A DNA stretch of 64,000 bases from a virus: IMG/VR virus record IMGVR_UViG_3300023174_000121, positions 1-64,000 of that record; one strand, 5' to 3'. Shown here piece by piece: positions 56,432-64,000 of the stretch (its first letter is position 1; every line of letters starts with the position of its first letter). Below the pieces are notes generated by a model. That model ran no database searches and was not told the DNA's origin. It saw nothing but the letters and a program-made list of their open reading frames with translations. Made by a program: the position numbers and the translations under genes.

Positions 56432-56877
56432 TCTTTATCTTCCCAAGGAGTATAGAATGCTTTCACTTTCATATCATCATTCCAATTACTTGCATATTCA
56501 TTGTCCGTATCGCATAGCGTCATTGCTTCTTTTCTAGAAACAACTCGATGACTAACAATTGTCTCACCCAAATGCTCTTGACTAAATTCTTTAGCTTCAT
56601 TGCAAGTTACTGTATCAAGTGCCCATAGAGATTTGTCGTTTCCTTGTTCATCTGTGCCGACAGGAACTTCTACCATGTACCTTTGTCGAAACATAGAAAC
56701 AGTTTCAACAAGAACTAATTGAGTTTCTTCAACTTTTTTCATAGTCCAACTCCCATCTTTATTATCAATCCATTGAATTGTGTCGCCGATTTTCCAACCC
56801 AATCCGTCAAAAATCTCATCAGAAAGCGGAAGAATTAAGTCTCCTGTTTCTGGATCTTTTATGAGTTCAACTATCAT
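56428..56877 (-). CDS. AbrB/SpoVT-like N-terminal domain protein
   Basis: DPETGDLILPLSDEIFDGLGWKIGDTIQW. Confidence 0.65.
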   Translation of the reverse strand: MIVELIKDPETGDLILPLSDEIFDGLGWKIGDTIQWIDNKDGSWTMKKVEETQLVLVETVSMFRQRYMVEVPVGTDEQGNDKSLWALDTVTCNEAKEFSQEHLGETIVSHRVVSRKEAMTLCDTDNEYASNWNDDMKVKAFYTPWEDKE

Positions 56878-56907
56878 GGTACATTCTCCAAGGAAAAAAG
56901 TCAAAAA

Positions 56908-57195
56908 TCAGAAAATCATTCTTACCAAGCCTGTGGCGTCAATGGTGACAAGCAGAAGGTAGTTAGCGAGCATACCAAATGAGCGGCGAGACCAAGAACA
57001 CCAGGCATAGATAGCACAACCAGTAATCCAAGCGGGATAAAGAGCCATAAGTGGAGGGTTTGGTACTGTTCCAGCCATCGTAGCAGCACACCCAATACTA
57101 AGAGCCCAAGCAAGTAACTCCATAACAAACCTAACACGATTTGATTTGTAATCATCTCTGATCCAGTTTATTGTAGGTCCGAAAATGTTATTCAT
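56908..57195 (-). CDS. Multi-TM small membrane protein
   Basis: Hydrophobic helices. Confidence 0.65.
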   Translation of the reverse strand: MNNIFGPTINWIRDDYKSNRVRFVMELLAWALSIGCAATMAGTVPNPPLMALYPAWITGCAIYAWCSWSRRSFGMLANYLLLVTIDATGLVRMIF

Positions 57196-57200
57196 AGCAA

Positions 57201-58016
57201 TCAATCTAAATGAAATACTCTTGGATGATCAATTAAAATTCGTTCTCTTAAACCATGCCAACGTTTATATGTGTCTATGTCTTTAGTCTCTATAGACTGT
57301 CTTTTCAAATGATTTAGTGTTTCTAATACACTTTCAAACTCAGGAACTTGATATACAGAGTAATCATAAGGATTGCTATAAACCTTATACTCTTTATTTA
57401 GATGAAGAAAGGTAGAAAACAATCTTTCAACAATGAATGGAAACATCGTCAATTCTTTGTCTCTGCTATAGTTTGCTGATGAACCATATATTCTAGCATC
57501 TTCACCAGTCAAATCTTCAAGTCTGGATTTCATATCATCTAGAAAGTCTAAGTAATCGCGCCAGAACACTTTTTTAGCAACAAAATAACTTGAATAGCAA
57601 ACATTGCTTCCCATTACTTCATTTAAAACTTTTGTGTCATATCCAGCAGCTTTCAATGCTGATTCAGTCACTCGCTGAATTCCTTTGTGAAAGACTTCAC
57701 CATGCTCCCACACGTTATGCGTCAATGCATCTACAACTCTAGCATGATTGAAAACGTAAACATGATATCCGGGATTGTTATCAATCGCATTAGTAATTGT
57801 TTCAGCACTAAACCTTAGCTTCTCTTGCCATCTTGGACCAAACACACCAAATGCATCTAGTCCCTTCGCATGGCCTTCTTCATAAATTCTTTTAAATGAT
57901 TGATACTCTCTCAACTCAGGATGAAGATTCTCTGTATTGTCGAATGGAGTAAACAAAGGATCAACTCTTTCGATTTGATCCTTCTCAAAACAAATTTGAA
58001 AAACTTTGTAGTTCAA
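57201..58016 (-). CDS. Glycosyltransferase-like (GT-A) protein
   Basis: FQICF...ELREY...GVFGPRW...PFIVERLFS. Confidence 0.5.
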   Translation of the reverse strand: MNYKVFQICFEKDQIERVDPLFTPFDNTENLHPELREYQSFKRIYEEGHAKGLDAFGVFGPRWQEKLRFSAETITNAIDNNPGYHVYVFNHARVVDALTHNVWEHGEVFHKGIQRVTESALKAAGYDTKVLNEVMGSNVCYSSYFVAKKVFWRDYLDFLDDMKSRLEDLTGEDARIYGSSANYSRDKELTMFPFIVERLFSTFLHLNKEYKVYSNPYDYSVYQVPEFESVLETLNHLKRQSIETKDIDTYKRWHGLRERILIDHPRVFHLD

Positions 58017-58816
58017 TCTGAAATCCTCACGCCATTGGGTGCAATATTACCATCAAGACCTAGCTTACCAATATTCTCAATTAGAGACAGATCCAAATGA
58101 TGGAATAGCAAATGCTCAATATCAATATAACCTTTTTTCGCAAGCTGATCATTCATATGCTGAAACATGTCAACATAAATGTCCCGAATGTACGGCAATA
58201 GAAATGCATCAAAACTCCAAAGCCGTGACATATACTGTAGAGTCACTCCACCAGTTGTGTCTGGACTAAATTGACTAGTGAATGGACCACGAATGATAAT
58301 CTTATCTTTAGCATCCATGTGCTTTTGATAATTAAAAGTATCATTCAAAGTATAACGACCAGACATTTTAAAGATTCGTTTATATTTCTCTCGCCAACCT
58401 TCTTCAGCAACTCTATCGTAAAATGATCCATACATGACTAGTTCAATCATGTTCTTTACGATATCGTGATTAGGAATGCTTTGAATCTGTTTAACAATCT
58501 CTTCTTCACTAAACGTGTAGAATTCGTCAATGTAATCTACAAGTTCAGCTTTCTCTTCAGAAGTTAAATCTTTGTATCCGCCATCAAGAATGATGATTTT
58601 AGTATCACACCTTTCGCGAATTGATTTACAAGTTTCAATCGTTTGTTTGAATCTTGTTTCTGTGTCATAGACTCCATGCTTTGCATGAATTGCTGATGAC
58701 ACTAGAAAAACACTTTCAGGATTGCTTTGGCTTTTTTGCTGGTCGCTTTGTTGCTGGAGCGACTGGTCCGTCGTTTGTAGGTTGTTTGTCTGCAACTGGT
58801 TCTGGTTTAACGTCAT
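58013..58816 (-). CDS. Glycosyltransferase-like (GT-A) protein
   Basis: FLVSSAI...RFKQTIETCKSIR...IFKMSGRY...DIEH. Confidence 0.55.
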   Translation of the reverse strand: MTLNQNQLQTNNLQTTDQSLQQQSDQQKSQSNPESVFLVSSAIHAKHGVYDTETRFKQTIETCKSIRERCDTKIIILDGGYKDLTSEEKAELVDYIDEFYTFSEEEIVKQIQSIPNHDIVKNMIELVMYGSFYDRVAEEGWREKYKRIFKMSGRYTLNDTFNYQKHMDAKDKIIIRGPFTSQFSPDTTGGVTLQYMSRLWSFDAFLLPYIRDIYVDMFQHMNDQLAKKGYIDIEHLLFHHLDLSLIENIGKLGLDGNIAPNGVRISD

Positions 58817-59405
58817 CTTTTTTCACCTTAGTTTTATTAGCAGACTTCTCTGCCTTTTTACCTTTCAATCGTTTAATTACTTCTTCACCGCTCATCCAGA
58901 TATCTTTGTTGTTCAATATGGACTTGATTTCTTCTTCGGTTAAGAATCCTTCATATGATCCGCGTAAAATCTTTTCAGACCACTTGCGTTCGTGCGTAAT
59001 GTTGTCGTACATTTCACCACCCTTACCCATAGTGATACCAGAGTAATTGTGAAACATGAACATGGAATGTTCTGAGATTTCATGTGTATCTGCTGGTAAG
59101 AATATCATAGTTGCTGCAGACATGCAAGCGCCTTCTACGGAACAAATCACATGTGCTTGCGTTTCTCCAAGAACTCTCAAAAATTGAATTGCGGTAAACA
59201 GATCGCCGCCTTGAGAATTGATGTGAATTTTAACAATGTCCATCTGAGATGCATTTCGAATAGTTTCGAACCATTCGATATAATCTTCTGGACTAGTGAT
59301 TTGACCAGTAAGATAGAATGTATATAATTGCGCTACTGCTTTTGGCTGTCTGGCTTTTTTGTTGTCGTTAAAATTAAAAATTGAAACGGGTTTATCATCT
59401 TCCAT
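58716..59405 (-). CDS. ClpP-like protease
   Basis: HINSQGGDL, EGACMSAAT (catalytic Ser), MFH (His), DIWMS. Confidence 0.85.
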   Translation of the reverse strand: MEDDKPVSIFNFNDNKKARQPKAVAQLYTFYLTGQITSPEDYIEWFETIRNASQMDIVKIHINSQGGDLFTAIQFLRVLGETQAHVICSVEGACMSAATMIFLPADTHEISEHSMFMFHNYSGITMGKGGEMYDNITHERKWSEKILRGSYEGFLTEEEIKSILNNKDIWMSGEEVIKRLKGKKAEKSANKTKVKKDDVKPEPVADKQPTNDGPVAPATKRPAKKPKQS

Positions 59406-59413
59406 AATGTACC

Positions 59414-59968
59414 TTATTGTAGTGTGTTATCATTCAAACCATATTTACATATGTAGTATGCATCTATTAAATCTGATGATGGATTCCATTGCTTATCGGT
59501 CATATTAAATAATTGTTTTAGTTTCACCTCATTCTGTTCTTCAAACACTTCTTGCATACGCTCTTTGTTAGCATTTCCTTTTCCGCTTGCAAATTTCTTA
59601 ATGACTGTTGGCGGAATCGTTTGAAATGGAATTCCAAAACTCCACATGCGATATTTCAAAACTCCTGTGTTCTCTGCAATGTGAAACACTCGACCCTTTG
59701 ATCCCATAGAATAGTCTTCCATGTATACTTTGTCAACTTCATTCTCCATTATTCTATCAAGAAAATAACTGGAGATTGTATCATATCTCTGCATTTCGTT
59801 GTCGTATTCGAAAAGCATTCCATGAATATTTTCTGAATCTATTTCATACTTCTTACTTTGTGTAAGAAAATAGAATGTACAATTATCAAATGAAAATTCT
59901 CCAGATTCTGTATTGTAAACACACAATGCTGGAGAAGTCATCGAATAGTCGATTCCAGCAACAATCAA
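59414..59968 (-). CDS. RuvC-like (RNase H fold) nuclease
   Basis: GIDYSMTSPA, EDYS, IAENTG, PTVIKKFASGKGNANKE, DLIDAYY. Confidence 0.75.
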   Translation of the reverse strand: MIVAGIDYSMTSPALCVYNTESGEFSFDNCTFYFLTQSKKYEIDSENIHGMLFEYDNEMQRYDTISSYFLDRIMENEVDKVYMEDYSMGSKGRVFHIAENTGVLKYRMWSFGIPFQTIPPTVIKKFASGKGNANKERMQEVFEEQNEVKLKQLFNMTDKQWNPSSDLIDAYYICKYGLNDNTLQ

Positions 59969-60198
59969 TTATCTTCCCAGTCTTCAGAATTATCTTTAAA
60001 AGATTCTTCAACTAGTTTTTCCCAATCCTCTTCGTCTTCATCAAAGTCTAATTCTTCTTGACTATCGACAGCATTATTTTTATCTAAATCTGATCCACAA
60101 AATGAACATACTGTTGGCGGATCTCTAAATTCATCTCCCATCGGAACTAACTTATATTCCGTATCACATGATTCGCAAAAAACTATAAAATTTGACAT
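59965..60198 (-). CDS. Zinc-ribbon acidic protein
   Basis: CESC...CSFC. Confidence 0.7.
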   Translation of the reverse strand: MSNFIVFCESCDTEYKLVPMGDEFRDPPTVCSFCGSDLDKNNAVDSQEELDFDEDEEDWEKLVEESFKDNSEDWEDN

Positions 60199-60208
60199 AT
60201 GTGTCCCT

Positions 60209-60844
60209 CTATTCGTAAGTAACTATGTTGGTGTCACCTAAAGCCCATTTTGAATTTTGTTCGACAATATATTTCTTAGTGCAAACTTTAAAGTCTGGAA
60301 AACTCAATTCTTTAGGATTCGAAGCTGCATCCAAAAATATTGTACGATTATTTGGTTGTGCCGCATATTGCCCATTATCTAGTTCGATAAAATTAAAAGA
60401 CTTGTGGTCTTCAGGCCATTCTGCGTATGTAGTATCTAAAATATTTGAATCTGGAGCACCATTATCTACCGTGAATAGATATCCACCACTATGCCACTCT
60501 TTGTTCTTTGCGTAAAACTTTGCTGTCAAATTTGAAAGAAATGATTTCTTAATCACAGTAATATCGTGACTAAAGCAATCCCAAATCTGAAGATAATCTA
60601 AAGGAAGAAACTTCTTAGCATCTAAATTCTTATTTCGCGAAACGTATGCATGAAGAGGCAACTTATCATATAGCGCACCATATCTTGGAAGATATGCTTC
60701 TATACGAAATGCTTGTCCGCGAATTGATTTGATTGAAACCCAAATGCAAGGCTCGTATTCAAAAAATCCTTTTTCAAAGTCATAAAGAAATTCTTTCCTA
60801 ACATAACAATGTACTGGAGGAAGATTTGCTACGAGAAATGCCAT
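60209..60844 (-). CDS. Conserved phage hypothetical protein
   Basis: MAFLVANLPP...YGALYDKLPL...AAQPNNR. Confidence 0.8.
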   Translation of the reverse strand: MAFLVANLPPVHCYVRKEFLYDFEKGFFEYEPCIWVSIKSIRGQAFRIEAYLPRYGALYDKLPLHAYVSRNKNLDAKKFLPLDYLQIWDCFSHDITVIKKSFLSNLTAKFYAKNKEWHSGGYLFTVDNGAPDSNILDTTYAEWPEDHKSFNFIELDNGQYAAQPNNRTIFLDAASNPKELSFPDFKVCTKKYIVEQNSKWALGDTNIVTYE

Positions 60845-60845
60845 A

Positions 60846-61079
60846 TTATTCCTTAATTACTTTTAAGTTTAGAACAAAATTTTCTACAACTAATTTTGTA
60901 ATTGTTGCAAGCATTGCTACTTGATTTTCAATTTGCCATGGCTCATTGAATTTTTCTAGAATAGATGCACCAATCAAACGATATGCATCTTCTTCATTAA
61001 TAGTTAGCATTCCCCAATCGATCGGATCTTCCATTTCGATTTCTTTTGCTAAAGTCACAAGTGTTTCAAGTGTAATCAT
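60846..61079 (-). CDS. Hypothetical protein
   Basis: EDPIDWGML...LVVENFVLNL; coupled to nrdB. Confidence 0.65.
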   Translation of the reverse strand: MITLETLVTLAKEIEMEDPIDWGMLTINEEDAYRLIGASILEKFNEPWQIENQVAMLATITKLVVENFVLNLKVIKE

Positions 61080-62062
61080 GCTGCTTTGCCCCATACGTCA
61101 TCCCATTTACCGCTCAATGCACCCTTTGCATAGTCGGTAGCACGGTTTTCAAAAAAGTTAGTGTGTGTTGGTGCATTAATCATTTCTTCAACCCATGGTA
61201 AAGGATTCTTTTTACGTTTAAAGATTCCTTTCATGCCAAGTGAAATAAGTCTACGATCAGCAATGTATCTAATATATTCTTTAACGTCTTCTGAAGATAA
61301 GTTCTCCATCGGACCCATGCTAAATGCTAAATCAATAAACTTATCTTCTAGCTGAACCATTTTCTCTGCGATAGTATATATCTCTGATTTTAATTCATCA
61401 ACCCAAATTTCTCTGTTTTCTTCAATGTAAGTTCTAAACAATTTAATCATAGACTCAGCGTGTTGTGTTTCATCAACAATCGACCATGTAATGATTTGTC
61501 CCATGCCTTTCATCTTTCCATGTCTAGGAAAATTTAATAGCATAATGAACGAAGAGAACAATTGCATACCTTCTGTGAATGCAGAAAACACAGCAATGTG
61601 CTTTGCGATAGATCCTTTGTTTCCATTCTTTGATGAAATATCTAAAATATATTCGTGCTTCTCGCGCATTTGTTGATACTCTAGAAACTCACTATAAGTT
61701 GTTTCTGGTAGTCCTAGTGTTTCAATCAAATGTGAATATGCAGCAACGTGTAATGCTTCTCTTGCTGCGAAGCCAAGCAACATCATTCTTACTTCTGGTT
61801 GAGGAAAATATGGCAAATAATTCCCAACATAACCACCAGCAACGTCAATGTCGCCTTGCGTGAAAAATCGAAATATATGTGTAAGAAATGACTTTTCTTG
61901 TTCTGTTAGCTTCTTCTTCCAATCTTTTACGTCTTCTGCCATTGGAACCTCGGTATGCAACCAATGCGACTGCTCATGCTTTAGCCATGCGTCATATGCC
62001 CAAGGATAATTAAATGGTTTAAATTCATCTCTTCCCAACATTACGTTTTTTAACTTTGACAT
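61076..62062 (-). CDS. nrdB: Ribonucleotide reductase class Ia beta subunit
   Basis: FFTQGD, EALHVAAY, EGMQLFSSF, DETQH, NFFENRATDY. Confidence 0.96.
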   Translation of the reverse strand: MSKLKNVMLGRDEFKPFNYPWAYDAWLKHEQSHWLHTEVPMAEDVKDWKKKLTEQEKSFLTHIFRFFTQGDIDVAGGYVGNYLPYFPQPEVRMMLLGFAAREALHVAAYSHLIETLGLPETTYSEFLEYQQMREKHEYILDISSKNGNKGSIAKHIAVFSAFTEGMQLFSSFIMLLNFPRHGKMKGMGQIITWSIVDETQHAESMIKLFRTYIEENREIWVDELKSEIYTIAEKMVQLEDKFIDLAFSMGPMENLSSEDVKEYIRYIADRRLISLGMKGIFKRKKNPLPWVEEMINAPTHTNFFENRATDYAKGALSGKWDDVWGKAA

Positions 62063-62063
62063 T

Positions 62064-63062
62064 TTATCTCGCTCTAATTAAGTTATCTTTAAAAATATCC
62101 CAGCAACTCTTCCAAGTCCATCTCTTTGAAGACTCTTGTACTTTAACTCTATTTAAATACAAACAGCCTTCAATGCATTCGTATAAACTATTTCCCACAT
62201 ATCCATTCACACTATTTAAAATAATATCTTTTGGTCCAGTAACATCATATGCTGCAACTGGTGTACCAAGACTCATTGCTTCAATCATTACTATTCCAAA
62301 TGTATCGTTTCTACTTGGAAAACAAAATACATCTGCAGATGCGTAATGATTAGCTAATTCGACTCCAATCTTATATCCAACAAATTCTACTCTAGAATAT
62401 CTCTTCTCTAATTCTTTTCTATATGGCCCATCACCAACAATGACAATATTAAATTCATTTTCATATTGGCAAAGATCGTCTAAATTCTTTTCTTTTGAAA
62501 CTCTACCAACATAAAGAACTTTTGGAACAATTTGTTTCAGATGTCTTACGCTTGGATTCAACTGTTCTCTATTTACACCTCTAGTCCATGGGATTATATC
62601 AGATCTAAAGCCTCTTGTCTTTAATTCATCAACCATAGAATTTGTGGTAGTTAAGACTCTACCAGAATGTTTATGAAACCATCTAACATAACGATAGGTT
62701 AATTTTGTGGGTATCTTATATATCGTATTCAGAAACTCTGGAAACTTCGTATGATAGCTTGTATTATAAAAGTATCCATTTCTGTCGCACCAAATTCTTG
62801 CTGCTAAACCTACGGGCCCTTCCGTAGCAATGTGAATGTGATCTGGATTAATCTCTTCAATTCTTTTTCCGATTCCTCTAGGCCAAGCGATTTTAACTTC
62901 AGCATAACCAGGACAATTAATATAATGGAACTGCCCGGGATCAATATAAACAAAATCGTACCCATCAGAATCAGCGCATATTTCAATATTGTTAAAAGTC
63001 GAGACAACCCCATTTATTTGATCCTTTAGATTGTCTGTGACAATTAAGATTTTTTTACGCAT
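62064..63062 (-). CDS. GT4 glycosyltransferase, Agt-like (diacylglycerol glycosyltransferase)
   Basis: ILIVTD...QINGVV, PDHIHIATEGPVGLAAR, SYHTKFPEF, WTRGV, YVGRVSKEKNL, DTFGIVMIEA. Confidence 0.85.
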   Translation of the reverse strand: MRKKILIVTDNLKDQINGVVSTFNNIEICADSDGYDFVYIDPGQFHYINCPGYAEVKIAWPRGIGKRIEEINPDHIHIATEGPVGLAARIWCDRNGYFYNTSYHTKFPEFLNTIYKIPTKLTYRYVRWFHKHSGRVLTTTNSMVDELKTRGFRSDIIPWTRGVNREQLNPSVRHLKQIVPKVLYVGRVSKEKNLDDLCQYENEFNIVIVGDGPYRKELEKRYSRVEFVGYKIGVELANHYASADVFCFPSRNDTFGIVMIEAMSLGTPVAAYDVTGPKDIILNSVNGYVGNSLYECIEGCLYLNRVKVQESSKRWTWKSCWDIFKDNLIRAR

Positions 63063-63217
63063 TTACCTTCTACCTTAAATGTATCAAATTTTAACCAATA
63101 TTTTAAAGTGCTTAAACTATGTTCACATGATTCTTTTGTTTCAAATTCTAAAGATAATCTACCAGGTATGTCATTCGGATTCGTCGAGTGTACCGCTATC
63201 AATAGTAGTAACCACAT
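63044..63217 (-). CDS. Small exported/membrane protein between the plcP-like and agt-like genes
   Basis: AAAGGAG RBS; MWLLLLIAVH...C...C, 57 aa; not in the ORF track. Confidence 0.55.
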   Translation of the reverse strand: MWLLLLIAVHSTNPNDIPGRLSLEFETKESCEHSLSTLKYWLKFDTFKVEGKCVKKS

Positions 63218-63962
63218 TTGAGTCTCCTTTAGTATATGTTAAGATTTCCCATCTTCCATCTACATGTTCAACTAATGCAGTCAATGATTCAACCCAGTCA
63301 CCATCATTCATATAGATTATACCATCTATTGTTTTAATCTCTGCATGATGTATATGCCCACATATAACGCCATCGAATCCACGTTTCTTGCAATACTCTG
63401 CTAAATTTCTTTCGAATTGAAAGATAAAGTCTACTGCTTTCTTTACTCTATGCTTAAGGTATTTGCTAAGACTAAAGTACCCAAAACCAAGACGATGGCG
63501 TATCCAATTGTATTTGCTATTAATCGATAAAATAAAGTCATATGCTTTATCCCCTAAAAATGCTAGCCAAGGTGCAAGTCTAGTAATACCATCAAATAGA
63601 TCACCATGAGTTACTAGATATCTTTTACCATCAACACCTAGATGTTCATATTGATTATGAATCTCGATACGACCAAATGCAAGTTTATATTGCATGAATG
63701 GACGTAAGAATTCATCATGATTACCAGCAATGTAAATTACTTTACTGCCATCTTTGCTATAGTTTAAAAATCTACGAATTACATTAGAGTGACTTTGTTT
63801 CCAATGTAATTTGTTTTGTTGTATTTTCCATCCATCAATGATATCACCAACAAGATATAATGTATCACAACTATTTTTTTTTAGAAAATTGTTTAGTCTA
63901 TCAGCCTTACATTCTTTAGATCCCAAATGAACATCAGATATGAAGATTGATTTGTAATGCAT
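63171..63962 (-). CDS. Metallophosphoesterase, PlcP/LpxH-like phospholipase C
   Basis: FISDVHLG, LVGDIIDGW, GNHDEFLR, HGDLFD, WLAFLGDKAYD, CGHIH, NDGDWVES. Confidence 0.88.
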   Translation of the reverse strand: MHYKSIFISDVHLGSKECKADRLNNFLKKNSCDTLYLVGDIIDGWKIQQNKLHWKQSHSNVIRRFLNYSKDGSKVIYIAGNHDEFLRPFMQYKLAFGRIEIHNQYEHLGVDGKRYLVTHGDLFDGITRLAPWLAFLGDKAYDFILSINSKYNWIRHRLGFGYFSLSKYLKHRVKKAVDFIFQFERNLAEYCKKRGFDGVICGHIHHAEIKTIDGIIYMNDGDWVESLTALVEHVDGRWEILTYTKGDSNVVTTIDSGTLDESE

Positions 63963-64000
63963 TTTACTCCTTTGTTACCAGTGATGCCATGCGTTGAGTA

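Noticed and set aside
61076-62062. Intron or intein in nrdB
   Set aside because: Continuous ORF of normal length.

Overview
This is 64 kb of a large, AT-rich T4-like (Tevenvirinae/Kyanoviridae-grade) myovirus genome in the standard genetic code, probably an aquatic phage of a Proteobacterium (host is inferred). Left to right: a VrlC/DUF4815 structural gene and the baseplate/tail module (gp8, 7, 6, 25, 5, 27-like, 53, 48, 4, 2, 54, 26, 51, holin, tape measure); gp32 and gp33; a 7-gene GDP-sugar/C-methyltransferase/glycosyltransferase island; a late membrane module with a truncated chemoreceptor-type sensor next to a cell-wall hydrolase; a circularly permuted (two-piece) tmRNA; MazG, exonuclease, PhoH and DenV-like genes; a hypervariable early region of translationally coupled paralogous cassettes that includes a GGQ release-factor homolog; a cluster of 17 tRNAs with two HNH genes (one apparently displaced and replaced a tRNA-Leu) and a CCA-ended mini-RNA; RNase H, a GH19 endolysin, a ClpP-like protease, nrdB; and finally a plcP-agt-like phospholipid-remodelling pair. 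Six early sigma70-type promoters carry an 18-bp palindrome upstream of -35 (12 nt away in five, 16 nt in one). All calls come from motif recognition by eye; no database searches were run.
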